DNA of 64,000 nt from Hyaloraphidium curvatum SAG 235-1 (taxonomy: Eukaryota > Fungi > Monoblepharomycota). Positions within the stretch are counted from its first letter, which is position 1, and each line of letters starts with the position of its first letter. Positions 12,278 to 23,327 of this stretch are shown in pieces. The DNA lies in assembly GCA_025558095.1 (NCBI GenBank), contig JAIVFI010000039.1, positions 62,001-126,000 on the forward strand, in the 5' to 3' direction. A program made the position numbers and the translations under genes. The notes beneath the pieces are model-generated. The model was given only the letters and a program-made list of their open reading frames with translations, was not told the DNA's origin and made no database searches.

Positions 12278-15200
12278 TCACCGCCTGCCTTGGTACCGCG
12301 GGTCCGCCTCCCACCGCCTCGGATCCCTGGGATCGTAGCCGTATTCCCTCCGCGCCGCGTCTTCCCTCGACATCCCCGGAGGTCCCGGCGGCACGGGCGG
12401 TACGGGCATCCGGTCGTCCCTGGGAGGCCCGGGAATCCTGTCGTCCCGCGGCGGGGGAACCGGCATCCTGTCCCACTGCGGGTCCCTGTACCTCCCCGGC
12501 GGCACGTCGCGGCGGTCCGCGAGATCACGGCGCTCGTCGAACCCGCGCTCGGGGGGTGCGTCGCGCGGGAAGACGCCGGGTCCGCGGGGCGGCGGGGGAG
12601 GAGGAGGGACCGGCGCCCCGTAGTCGCGCCCGCGCGGATCCTGGCGCGCATCCCATTCCTTGCCCCTTGACGTGGTCGGTCCGTGCGGCTCGTACCTGCG
12701 GTCGTCGACGTGGATCCGAGCTTGCACCTCGTCCCAACCGCGAGGCCGTTCGGGAGGGAAGCTGGGCGCCGGCGGCCCGCCGGGCGCGCGTGCCTGCCAC
12801 TGGCCGGGCTCGGAACCCCGCGGCGGCGGTACAGGGCCGCGAAACTCGCCGCGGGGCGGCTCACCTCCGCGCCAACCGTACCCTTGCGAGGTCCCAGCTG
12901 CATACGGCTCGCCACGCGCGTCGCGATCCCGGTAGCCTGGGCCCGGTGGAGGCACGCTCCTGTCGAACCCCGAACCCGGCGGTCCCGGCGGCCCGGGTGG
13001 CGCAGACGGGGGCCCGCGGAAGTCGCGGTATCCCGGCGCCTGGGGAGGGTACTCCCCCGACCTAGGGGGGCCGTACCTCCCTTGCCCAGGCGCGACCGGC
13101 GTCCCCGGCTCGCCCCTCTCGCGCTCCCACTCTCGCGCGCGGAACTCACGCTCCTGACGTTCCCTTTCGCGGTCCCGGTCCGGCCGTTCCCCGTCCCTGG
13201 ACCTGCGCCGCGATCGGCCGCCCTCGGAGCTGCCGCTCGACGCGCTCGAGACGGAGGAGCTGCGCGGGCGCTCCAGCTTGGTCATCTTGATCTGGATTTG
13301 CCCGCGCTTGGCTCCTTGCTGCTGCTGGTGCTGCGGCGGCGGCGGTGGCGGCGGCTGGCCGGCGCGCAGCGCATCGACAGGCTGTACCGGCGAGCGGTAG
13401 TCGGGGTAGGCGCGCGGGTCGTAGCGGCCGCGGTCCACAGGGTCCACGTAGCGAGGCGGCTCCCCCGGCGGAGTCCTCCTCCCCGGCTGCGGCGGCGAAG
13501 CAGTTCTCGACGGCGGGAGCGGCTGCGGCTCGGGCGGCGTCGCGGCGCGCGAGTACGCTGCCGAAACGGGGGGAGGCGGCGACGCACGCATGACCTCGGA
13601 GCGCTGGGCAGGAGATCTGCCGTGCATGGGCGAGACCTTCGGATCCGCGGGTGTCCCGCCGCCATGGGGCGGCGTCCCGCCGTGCACCGAGCCCGCCTTG
13701 AGCGCCTCCACGGGCTGGTTGTAGATCGGGCTGGCCGGGATGGGCACCGGCGAGGCGATGGGCGAGACCTTGGCGGTGCCAGGGAAGGCCACGGGCGAGG
13801 CGGCAAAGGTCGGCGAGAGGGCATGCGCCGACGCGAGCGGGGGTGACACGGGACGCCGCGAAAGGGGGAGGTCGAGCTTGGGAACGGGGAAGTGCACCGT
13901 CGGCGACGCCGGCAGCTTGCCATCCCTGGGCGAGGAGGCCGACGGCAGGGGGAAGCGGCCGTCCTTGGGCGACGAGATGGGGAAGCGGGTGTCGCTGGGC
14001 GTCGGCAGCGGGAACTTGCCGTCCTTGGGCGTCGAGAGCGGGAACTTGCCCGTTTCGAGGGCCGGAGAGAGGGGGAACCTGCCCGAGTCCAACGCCGGAG
14101 GCAGGGGGAACTTGCCCAAGCCGGCCGCCGTCGGCGTGCTCAGCGGGAACCTGCCCGTGTCCGGCGTCGACGGCAGCGGGAACTTGCCCGAATCCAGCGC
14201 CCCCGGCAAGGGGAACCTGCCAGCTCCGATGTCCGCCGTCGCGACGACGGGGAACGTCCGCTCGGGCCTGATCTCGGGCGAAGCTGCCAACGAGCTCCCC
14301 GCCGACGCCGTCCGGGCGACCAGCTCGTCCTCCACCTTGGGAGCAAACAGCTCCAGCGGCGAGCGGATCGGGAAGTACGCCCTTGCCTCGTCCTTGCGCT
14401 CGAAAGCCGACCCCGCTGCGCCCATGCCCTCGCCCATTTCCGGCATCGTGGGCACGGTCGGCGTCGACGGCGTCGCGGGCTCGCCGCCGCCCTTCTTGCG
14501 CATGAAGTCCTTGAGCGTGAGCTTCTTGACCACCACGGGCGGCGGCGCGGGCGAAGGCGGTTTGGAGGGCGGCTCGACGGTGACCTCGGGCACGTCGACG
14601 TCCATCGCCGCCGCGGCGGGCGAGGCGGCGAACGCCTCGCCCCAGGCGCGCTTGGGATTACGCCCCGGCACCTTGGGCTTCGCCGCGACAGGCGGCTCGG
14701 CGGCAGCGAGGGCAGGCGGCGGCGCCACGTCCCCGAACATGCGCGCCGCCAGCTCCTGGTTGCGCTTTTCCTCCTCCTCCTTCCGCTTGCGCTCCCTCTC
14801 GGCCTTGCGCTCCTCCTTCTCCCTCTTCCTCGCCTCCTCCACCTGCCTCTTTGCCTCCTCCCTCCTCGCCTCCTCCTCCTCCGTGTCGGTGCCGCTCGAC
14901 TCTCCCGCCCACGTCCTGTTCCCGACCTCGGCCTTCTTCCCCCCTGCCCGCTCCTCCTCCACCCTCCGCACCAGGCACCCCGCCCCGCGCTTGCCGCACG
15001 CGCACGGGTACCCGACCCACTGCCTCCCCCCTTGCGCGGGCGGCAGCTCCAGGAGCACCTCCTCCCCCTCGCGTATCTCTCGCAGCGAAACCGCCACCAG
15101 CCTGACCCGCCGCGCGTTGGCCTCGTCGGGGTCGGCGTTCCACCGCATCTGCGCGCGGTCCGTGACGACGGTGCGCAGGGCGGCGTTGCCGCCCCCGCGG

Positions 15201-16754
15201 GGGCACGCCCACCGGAGGAAGCGGCCCGTTTCCTCGCCGACGCCGGTGCAGTCGACCATGTACGGGAGGCCGGGGAAGGGGAAGCAGAAGGGGGAGGGCG
15301 GGGGGCGGCGCGCGTTCTTCTTGGTCTTGGGGATCGGGCGCACGGTGCCTGTCCACCGGCGCTTAGGCACCGCCCGCGATGCAGCAGCGCGGATGGACCC
15401 ACCCTTGATCTCGCAGATGTACCTCCCCTTGGCGACGTCCCCCGCCACAAAGACTCCGTACTTGGAATCCATCGCCCTCTCCTGCACCTTCTCCCTCTCC
15501 CTCTCTGCCCCCCGCGTCCTGCGCCCGCCCTGGGCAGCCTGCTGCCGTGCCTCGCGCTCGTCCTCGGTCGCCTCCCCGTCCTCGTCGTCCTCCCCGTCTG
15601 TCGACTCGTACCCCTCCGGAATCGGCCGCACCGTCGCGCACGTGTACGCGTAGGGCAGCACGTGCGCGGGGAGGTACCGCGGCGTGCGCGCCCCCCTGAT
15701 GCGGGCGCGGGTCCACCCCGCCTCCGGTTTCGGCGCCGTGCGCGGGTGCTCGGCGTCGAACCGCGCGGCGATCTTGGCCAGCGGGGGTACCAGGTCGTCC
15801 GGGTGGAAAAGGGGCGGGTCGGTGCCGGCGAGGGGGTGGAAGCCCAGGGCGTAGGTGCGGTATTCCTCCGCCGGTCCCGGCTCGGCGGCCGAGGAGGGCT
15901 TCGGCTCGGGAGGGGGTGGGGGGCGGGGGGCGGCCTGCTGCGCGGCTGTGGCGCGGCGGGTCTGCTTCGGTTTCGGGGGTGGGGGAGGGGGGAGGCGCGG
16001 TTTCTCGGGCGGAGGGTCGGGTTTGGGGAGGGTGCGGCGGACGGGTTTCGGGAGCGGGGACTTCGGCGCCTTGGGCGGGGCGGCAGGCTGGTTGGGGTCC
16101 GTGCGCGCCTGGAGCTGCAGCGTGATCGCTCGCTGAAAAGCGAGAGGGTAAAGAGGTCAGAAGTGTTGTGGAGGTGGGAGATCAAGCCTGGGGAGGCCAG
16201 ATCTCCCTGTTCGAGGCACCCACCTGCTTGTCGACGTAGCGCGGCCGGCACATCTCGCAAAAGTACTGCTCGTCGTCCTTTGGCAGCGTCTCCTCGGTCA
16301 GGCCGACGCAGCGGATGTGCTGCCACACGCGGCAGCCGTCGCACTGGATGGTGTAGCCGTCGTCGTGGTCCATGGCGCACACGCAGCGGATCACGCCCTC
16401 GGCGTCGGCGGCGGCGGGCGCGGCGGTCTTTTTGCGCTTGCCCTGCAGGCCCTTTGGCTTGGGCCCGGGCTTCTTTGCGGTGCGGCCGTCCTTTGTGAGC
16501 CGCGCGTCTTTTACGTCCTCGTCCTTGTCCCTATTCCCCGCCTGACTGCCACCATTTCCCGGCTTAGAGGACGAGTCCTTGGAGCCCTCGGCGTCGGCGG
16601 CGCTGCCCCTCCGCGGCGGCCGCTCGGCGTCCGAGTCGTCCTCGGTCGCCGGCGCGTCGGGCGCCAGCGGCTCGTCGTCCGTGGCCGCCGCGGCCGCGTC
16701 GAACGCCGCTCCCGCGAGCGCCGCCGCGGCGGCGATTTCGGCCAGCGCCTCCAT
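12278..16754 (-). CDS. Set3/MLL5-like PHD finger + SET domain chromatin protein (spliced) with a long low-complexity C-terminus
   Basis: PHD: IRCVCAMDHDDGYTIQCDGCRVWQHIRCV...YFCEMCRPR. Degenerate SET: YGVFV...FLRWACP..NA...REIREGEEV, then post-SET CAC. Intron at about 16137-16222. Confidence 0.8.
13910..14225 (-). repeat. Coding peptide repeat G(K/R)FPL(P/S), about 9-10 copies, within the PHD/SET gene
   Basis: GRFPLP, GKFPLP, GRFPLS, GKFPLP, GRFPLS, GKFPLS, GKFPLP, TRFPIS, GRFPLP in the ORF translation. Confidence 0.8.
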
Positions 16755-16892
16755 CGCCCCGCTCCCCGCCGCGGGTTTTTCGAAACCCGTGCTCGATGTT
16801 GAGATGGGGGGTTAGGATTTCAATGCCTCGCGCGCGTTTAACACCGGAATTCCCGTATCTGCGCGGTTAGCGCAACGGCGTCGCAGCCGTCT

Positions 16893-18668
16893 GTGACGCT
16901 TCAGTCCTCGCCGATTGAGACACTGCTTCAGATCATACTTCTCCCTTCGATGCCCTCCGCGGCACGCCTGCCCGGCATCTTGGCGATCCATATTCTGGCG
17001 GGCCCCGTTTGGCGCTGGCTGGGCGACGCGGCGGCCCTCCTGGCGGACGCAGTTCCCACCGCAGCCCCGCGATGGGCTGCAACCCTGATGATAATCATGT
17101 GCGTCGCCTGGTGTATCCTGATCCCGCATCTTGCCGATTGGCTCCTCGGCGAGGCCGAAAACCGGCTGCGCGGCATCGGGGTCTCCGCGAGCTTCCGGAG
17201 GCACGGACGACCTCGGATTTTCTCTCTCGCGCCGTCACTGGAATTGAGGAACGTCGCCGTTCAAACCAGTGGCGGCCTGCGCGTGACATGCGAAGCCTTG
17301 ACGCTCACACTCAACCTGTATCGGTTGGACATCGCCCTCGCCGCTAGGAGGATCAAGGTGCAGCACGATGAAGAAGGAAAGGAGCCCGAAGGATTGGCGA
17401 TGGACTTTGTTGTTGCGTCCGCCGAGGTGTCCCATTCCATATTGCATCTTGTCAGGGCCCGCGCCCGCAACCTGGAGTTGTTCGCAGGCGGCACCGGGGT
17501 AAGGCTGCGGCTATGGCCCCGCAGCCGTCCAGATTGCGCCTCGAAGCTGCGTTTCGCTTCCTTCGAAGTGGACTTTGGCGGCCAGTTTGGCACTGGACGG
17601 AAGCAACTAAAGCTCACGGCCGCGAACCCTTGTTTGAGCTTCGTGGGAGGTGGCAAAGGACGCAAAGCGGTCCTGGCCGGATCCGTGGAGGCATCTTTGA
17701 CATGGCCGATAGTCGGAACCGAACCTCGGATGGTTGTGCGTGCACACAAGTTGTGTGTTACCAACTTGGACGACCTGGACGACACACCTCTGCTGAACCG
17801 CGTTCGACGCACCGTTCTAGGCTTTACGTGCACGGGCCCGGTGACGCAACCTGCTGACAACAGTACGAGCATGTACGACTTCCGCATCGGCCTGCTGGAT
17901 CACCGGGATGGCGAGAGATTGGGCGTTTCGGCCACCTTGGCTATACCACGCAACGCGGCGCATGCCATGGGATCGCTCGCGCTTTCGATTACGAAGCTCA
18001 CCCTTTCGAGGAACGGCCATGAACTTCGCGTCGTTGCCGACTCGATCTCCCTGAAGATGACCATGTTGCACGCCTTTTTTGCAGACGGGCTCCCAACCTT
18101 GGTGCTCGTGTGCGACCAGCTGCACTTCGAAGGCGGCGGTGCCCATCTTCCAAACCTCCAGACCAATATCGGGACCTTGCGCCTCACGCTCTGGCCGCGG
18201 CAAGCATGCTGGGTTTACGGCGTCGATCTAGTGCTTTCGGATGGGTCGACGCAGACCGAGGTGATGCGCCACCTGGCCCCCGACGCCGGAGCCATGGCCT
18301 CGCTCGCCCGTTCGTTTTCACGGGTGGTCCGCTCCTCGGCCACGGCGTCTTTGGAGCTGCGCCCCTACGAGGGCACGATCCGCGGGGCGAAGTGCACGGC
18401 GAGGCTCGATCCGTCCATGCTGCCTTACGTGGACGTGGAACTGTACGAGGGCGGCCTGGATCTTGCGACCCTGGCGTGCGACTTTGGGTACACCGTCAGG
18501 GTCGACGTGCCACTGCCCTTCATGCTGTTTTCGTCGCTGGGCTTGATCGCCGGGACGATCATAGGGATCATCCAGGCGAGCAAGGGTGGGATCGCCAAAG
18601 GAAGGTTCACTCGTGGACAGCTGAAGCGGACGTGGATGCAAGAAGTGCGGAGATTGATGGCTCGATGA
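16893..18668 (+). CDS. Hypothetical membrane-anchored beta-rich protein
   Basis: 591-aa ORF with hydrophobic segments near both ends and an alternating beta-strand pattern between them; no family recognised. Confidence 0.45.
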   Translation: MTLQSSPIETLLQIILLPSMPSAARLPGILAIHILAGPVWRWLGDAAALLADAVPTAAPRWAATLMIIMCVAWCILIPHLADWLLGEAENRLRGIGVSASFRRHGRPRIFSLAPSLELRNVAVQTSGGLRVTCEALTLTLNLYRLDIALAARRIKVQHDEEGKEPEGLAMDFVVASAEVSHSILHLVRARARNLELFAGGTGVRLRLWPRSRPDCASKLRFASFEVDFGGQFGTGRKQLKLTAANPCLSFVGGGKGRKAVLAGSVEASLTWPIVGTEPRMVVRAHKLCVTNLDDLDDTPLLNRVRRTVLGFTCTGPVTQPADNSTSMYDFRIGLLDHRDGERLGVSATLAIPRNAAHAMGSLALSITKLTLSRNGHELRVVADSISLKMTMLHAFFADGLPTLVLVCDQLHFEGGGAHLPNLQTNIGTLRLTLWPRQACWVYGVDLVLSDGSTQTEVMRHLAPDAGAMASLARSFSRVVRSSATASLELRPYEGTIRGAKCTARLDPSMLPYVDVELYEGGLDLATLACDFGYTVRVDVPLPFMLFSSLGLIAGTIIGIIQASKGGIAKGRFTRGQLKRTWMQEVRRLMAR

Positions 18669-18766
18669 CATCGGCGTGCGACGAAGCTGATCTAGGGGAA
18701 GTCCCTGACAGGCAGGGATTTCCTACATCGTCGCCCACGAAACTTTGAGACCCCAGCGCGCCCTCC

Positions 18767-19713
18767 ATGGCCCGCCTGCGCCACATTGCCGCGCTCCTCG
18801 CGCTCCTCGTTGCCTTGGCCGGTCCCGTCGCCGCGTCCTGCGGCTGCCAGGGCGGTCCCGGCGCCGGCGTGGTCAACAACGCGGACGCGCCGCGGTGCGG
18901 GGCCGACCTAGGGGCGCAGGGAAGGGGAGCCGAGGATGCTGCCGAGTACAGGCTGCTCTGTATGTTGCTCTCGTTCTGCCTGTCTGCCATGAAACCGCTA
19001 ATCTCCTATTCCCCTTCTGTCTCCCTCTCGCTTACGAAACCGGACCGCCCGACCCGTTTTTACCTCTCTTGCACGCATCGAATCCCTCGTGGCTAGACTT
19101 CGACGTCAAGGGCGCCGCCGAGCCCATCCGCAACCTCCTCCGCCTCGCCCGCCAGCCCTTCGACGACGTCCGTTTCGCCCCCGCCGGCCCCGACCCCGCC
19201 TCCCCCGCTCCGGGCAGCAAGCCTCACTATGCCTCGCTCGGCCAGCTGGACGCCAACCTCGCCCGCGCGCCGGTGCTGTTCGTCGGCGGCCGCTCGATAG
19301 GGCAGTCGGGCGCCGTCGCGCGGTTCGTCGCGCGCAAATTCAACCTGATGGGATCGGACGAGGTCGAGGCGGCGCAGTGCGATGCGGTGTGGGAGCACGT
19401 CAAGGACATCAAGGCGGACTACCGCGCCGCGTGGGCCGGCAAGGGCGACGGGATGCCGGCGGCAAAGGCGGCGTGGATCGCGGAGAAGCTGCCCGTCTGG
19501 CTGGGCAAGGTCGACAGGGCGCTGGACGGCACGAGCGGGTTCGCGGTGGGGAGCAAGCTGTCGCTGGCGGACGTTATTTTGGCGAACTTCCTGTTCGACC
19601 ACTTCGATGATGTGGAGGGGGTGCTCAGGGCCGCGGAGGGGGCGCCGAGGGTGCTGGCGAGCGCCAAGAAGGCGAGGGAGGCGCTGGCGGCGCTGGATGC
19701 CCCGGAGGCGTGA
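18767..19713 (+). CDS. Glutathione S-transferase (sigma-like) with an N-terminal signal-peptide-like leader; intron 18960-19096
   Basis: Splicing GTATGT...CTAG gives YRLL-YFDVKGAAEPIR; also APVL, GQSGAVARFVARK and GSKLSLADV. Confidence 0.8.
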
Positions 19714-19862
19714 TTACGGAATATAAACTGCCCACGTAGCAACAATATTTGTTGGATGTGTGCCATCCGATCCCAACCGGGGCAGTACCAGGGGGGAACC
19801 AGAGTGAGGCGGACGGGCGGTCGTCGACACACAACATCCTCTCCGCCCCGCACCGCCGAGCC

Positions 19863-21476
19863 ATGCTCTCGCTCATACTGGAGCGTTACCCGCTCATTTT
19901 CTTCCTCTTCTCCGCCGCGGCTGCGTACTTCCTGGCAAAATGGACCGCGGACATCGCGTTTCCGCCCGCCGAACCGCCGGCGGAGGACGCGCCGTACGGC
20001 GGATCCGGCGCCGCAGGGCAACAGGCTGCGGCGCGGGGCGGTGGCGAAAATGGGCGGGAAGCGGGCCGGACGCGTTCGGCGGGGCATGCCTTCGAAACGG
20101 ACTCGGAAGGGGATCTCGGGTTCCGCGGTCCCGCGGGTTCCGGAGGCGAGAGTTCGGACGAGGACGAGGAGGACGGAGATGATACGGACGACGACGAAGA
20201 GGACGAGGACGATACTGACGACGACGAACTCTCCGAGGACTCCGACGGCGACTGGATCTACGACCCCTACGAGGTCTCGGACGGCGAGGACTCGGATTCC
20301 GACGCCATCCCCTCCTTCTCCCCCTGGGCAGGCCTGCAGTGGCGGCACCTCATCCGCGTCACCACGCGCTCTTTTGACGCGTTCGACGCCTGGCTCGAAC
20401 CCCTGCTGTCCCTCGAAGATCCCGACGCCGCGAGCGGGACCAAGAGCACGCGGCTCGCCCTGCGCGAGCTCAAGGAGGCGTGCGAGACCATCGAAGCGAT
20501 GATCAACCCGCTCGAAGACGACGATAGGACGGAGGAGCTGCTGTCGTTGTATTTCCCCGGGGGAGCGGTGCCGGATTTCTGGGCCAGGAACGAGGAGCAG
20601 GTGCTGGACCCTGGGCACCTGACCAAGCCCCTCCTCGCGCTCTTTGCGCGGTGCTTCCCGTGCCTGCGCCGGATCGTCGTCACTTTTTCCAGCCGCCGGG
20701 AGATGCCCCCCGCGTGGCGGAGGACCACGGAACCCAACGGCTCCCTCCCGCACCGTATCGGCAGGCTCCGCGCCGTGGACACGGTCGCGGACGCCATGGT
20801 CAACTCCTTTGCCTGCGCTCACATGGCGCTGTTCCGCCTCTCCGTCGTGCACGCCGTCGCGGGGAGGATGGCATCCGACACCGTTTTCCTGGACGCGCTG
20901 GCGCTTGCAGCGGGCGACGAGATCGCGGGCCTGCTGCGCGACACCTTCCACGAACGGTCGTCCCCGCCCGATGAGGCCCGGATAAGGGCGTGCGTGAAGG
21001 GCCTCTTCAGCCTGCGGCTCCTCACGTTCGTCGCCAGTGTCAGCCCGGGGGCCTGGACGCGCCACTGCGCCGCAACGTACGGGGACGGGAACGGGAGGGG
21101 TGCGCCGCTCCGGTACGCGCTCGAGAAGGCGGCGGAGCTGTTGCTGGCGCTGACGCCGCACGTGGAGCGTCTGGATGACACGGCGCTTTTTGAATCCTAC
21201 GAGATGGTCGCGGAGCTCGACCTGCCCGTGCTGTTGCGCGTCGCGGTTTCCGGGCGGGACGGGGCACAGTTGGACGGGGTGCTGCGGCAACGCCACCGCG
21301 AGGACAGTTCCAAGCCCCCGGACATCTGCGACCACTGCCGTCGGGTGCCCGGGCCGGGCGCGCACCTGCTCAGGTGCGGGAGGTGCAAGGTGGCGAGGTA
21401 CTGCGCGGCGGGGTGCCAGAGGGCGGCGTGGGAGGCTGGGCACAGGGGGCGGTGTGTGGTTGCCAGGCCGGCGTGA
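19863..21476 (+). CDS. MYND zinc-finger protein with an N-terminal TM segment and an acidic tract
   Basis: CDHC...CGRCKVARYCAAGCQRAAWEAGHRGRC at the C-terminus. Confidence 0.8.
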   Translation: MLSLILERYPLIFFLFSAAAAYFLAKWTADIAFPPAEPPAEDAPYGGSGAAGQQAAARGGGENGREAGRTRSAGHAFETDSEGDLGFRGPAGSGGESSDEDEEDGDDTDDDEEDEDDTDDDELSEDSDGDWIYDPYEVSDGEDSDSDAIPSFSPWAGLQWRHLIRVTTRSFDAFDAWLEPLLSLEDPDAASGTKSTRLALRELKEACETIEAMINPLEDDDRTEELLSLYFPGGAVPDFWARNEEQVLDPGHLTKPLLALFARCFPCLRRIVVTFSSRREMPPAWRRTTEPNGSLPHRIGRLRAVDTVADAMVNSFACAHMALFRLSVVHAVAGRMASDTVFLDALALAAGDEIAGLLRDTFHERSSPPDEARIRACVKGLFSLRLLTFVASVSPGAWTRHCAATYGDGNGRGAPLRYALEKAAELLLALTPHVERLDDTALFESYEMVAELDLPVLLRVAVSGRDGAQLDGVLRQRHREDSSKPPDICDHCRRVPGPGAHLLRCGRCKVARYCAAGCQRAAWEAGHRGRCVVARPA

Positions 21477-21486
21477 ACCATCGATG

Positions 21487-21850
21487 CTATATGTGCTTCG
21501 GTAGTTTTCGATCGTTTGGAGCAAGTTGGCGTTGAAAGGAGGTCGATCGTCTTTCCTCTCTCGTGTTAATGCGTGACGGATCTAATTTGAGGGCGGTGTA
21601 GATGGCTGCGTTGCCCTTCATGCACGCCACAGAAAGGCGCTGGCGTGCGCGGCAGGTGAAGAGTGCACACAAGCCATCCTCATCGTTATCCTCGGCGAAC
21701 TGGACGTGGGCGATCTTCTTGATGAGACGCTCTTCATCCTCGTTGAATGCCCCGTAGCTCTCCATGATGACCGGGACGAGGCGTGTGGGTCCGACCAGAG
21801 CCCGCTCCCACCACCGCGCGTCGTTTGCTTGTGTCACCTTCCGTCGCGTA
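21487..21850 (-). mobile_element. 5'-truncated relic of an RLE-type (CRE/R2-like) non-LTR retrotransposon, C-terminal endonuclease tail
   Basis: LVPVIMESYGAF...LIKKIA...RQRLSVACMKGNAA matches the F.P..vE..G....QRlS.a.qrGNA tail of RLE-clade ORFs; lower GC than the flanking genes. Confidence 0.65.
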
Positions 21851-21870
21851 CCCGAATTCAGACACGCGAG

Positions 21871-23256
21871 ATGCCGACCGCCTGGCAGCGGACTCCCTCT
21901 CTCATTAGGAGGGACCACCCTGCTTTTGCCTGGTACCTCCGCGTGGCCTTGCGCCGCTCGGCGCCCTCGGCCGACACGACCTCCCTTGGGGTTTTGCTCG
22001 TCGAAATCCTGCGGTACGTCGCCGAACGCCCCGAGGACCTTGCCCGCGTGGACCGCACCTGCCGCACGCTGTCGTACCACGTCGCCGACTCGTCTCTTTG
22101 GCGCGGGCGGGAGTTCGTGGCGCGGCACCCGCCCGGCATGCACGACCTCGGCAAGCTGCGGGGCCACTACGTGTTCATGCGGCAGCTCGCCGAACGGATC
22201 GAGGATCGCTGCATCGTCGAGGAGTCGCCGGGCATCCTGCGCGCCCGGGTCTCGGGGCCGGACCCGCGGCGCACGCCGGGCTTCGACGAGGACGAGGCAA
22301 CGGAGGGCGTCGTCGGGGCCTCGTTCGACGTGGTGCGGTCGCTGCTCACGTACCGCGACATCTGGCTGGAGAGCCTGGAGCTGGATCTGGAGCGCAGCAC
22401 GTGCTTCACGGACCTGATGTCGGCCGTCGGCGACGATCCCGAAAAGTGCTTCGACATACGCAACCTCAGAGTGCGTGCTTACGACTTGCCCGGGTTCTAT
22501 CCCCGGAATCCGGTTCGCGACGAGGAGGCCACATCGATCCGCAAGCTATTGCAGCGGCTGTCCCGCCTGGACCTCGACTCGGTGCGAACGCTCGAGCTCC
22601 GCGACGACTACGCCCACGACCTCGACCTGGAGCCGACCTGGTCGGACATGTCCGATGATGATCGCGAACATCATGCCCGCGAACACCCGGACGTCGAGGA
22701 TCACCGCTCGGACCTGGACCTCGGACCGCGGTCCCTGGCCTTCACCGTCGACACCCGGCTCCCGGCGGTGCGGGAGCTCCGCCTCCTCGGCGGCCGGGAA
22801 TACCCCCAGCTCCCGCTGTGGATAATCGAGCCGGGTCCCCCCGCCCGCGTTTTCGCCAACGTCGAGGTCCTCCACCTCGGACCCGCGTGGCGCATCCAAG
22901 GGTGCCATTTGGCCGCGGGGATCCCGACGGTCGTCCGGTCGCTGGCGGAGCTGCGCGAGCTGCACGTCGTGCTGCCGGAGGACTCGGCGTCCGCCTTCAG
23001 GGAGACAGCCTGGGACGTGCTGAGGCCCGTGTGCTGCATCCTGGCGCCGCGGCTCGAGCTGGTTGCCGTGGACGCTCATCCATCCGAGGCCGAACTCGGG
23101 GACGGCGAGTGGCTCGCCCGACGGATCCACGGTGTGCTGGGGGAACGCAGGCGGAACGGATTGGTGGTCCCGGAACGGCTAAGCAGGTTCCGTTACGCCC
23201 GGCAAGAGTTCGCGGTGCGACCCTTCTTCGAGAGACCTCAATCTTTTGCACAATAG
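21871..23256 (+). CDS. F-box-like protein with LRR-like segments
   Basis: LLVEILRYV...LARVDRTCRTL...DSSLWR, plus LxxLxL repeats (VRTLEL, VRELRL, VEVLHL, LRELHV). Confidence 0.6.
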   Translation: MPTAWQRTPSLIRRDHPAFAWYLRVALRRSAPSADTTSLGVLLVEILRYVAERPEDLARVDRTCRTLSYHVADSSLWRGREFVARHPPGMHDLGKLRGHYVFMRQLAERIEDRCIVEESPGILRARVSGPDPRRTPGFDEDEATEGVVGASFDVVRSLLTYRDIWLESLELDLERSTCFTDLMSAVGDDPEKCFDIRNLRVRAYDLPGFYPRNPVRDEEATSIRKLLQRLSRLDLDSVRTLELRDDYAHDLDLEPTWSDMSDDDREHHAREHPDVEDHRSDLDLGPRSLAFTVDTRLPAVRELRLLGGREYPQLPLWIIEPGPPARVFANVEVLHLGPAWRIQGCHLAAGIPTVVRSLAELRELHVVLPEDSASAFRETAWDVLRPVCCILAPRLELVAVDAHPSEAELGDGEWLARRIHGVLGERRRNGLVVPERLSRFRYARQEFAVRPFFERPQSFAQ

Positions 23257-23327
23257 ACAGCGACACCGCGCTGTTCCGCTCTCAAGGTGTCCTGGAGCGC
23301 ATCCCACGTATGCCAAAACGAATTCAG

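Noticed and set aside
13740-16498. 637-868 aa ORFs on the + strand
   Set aside because: Antisense shadows of the PHD/SET gene.
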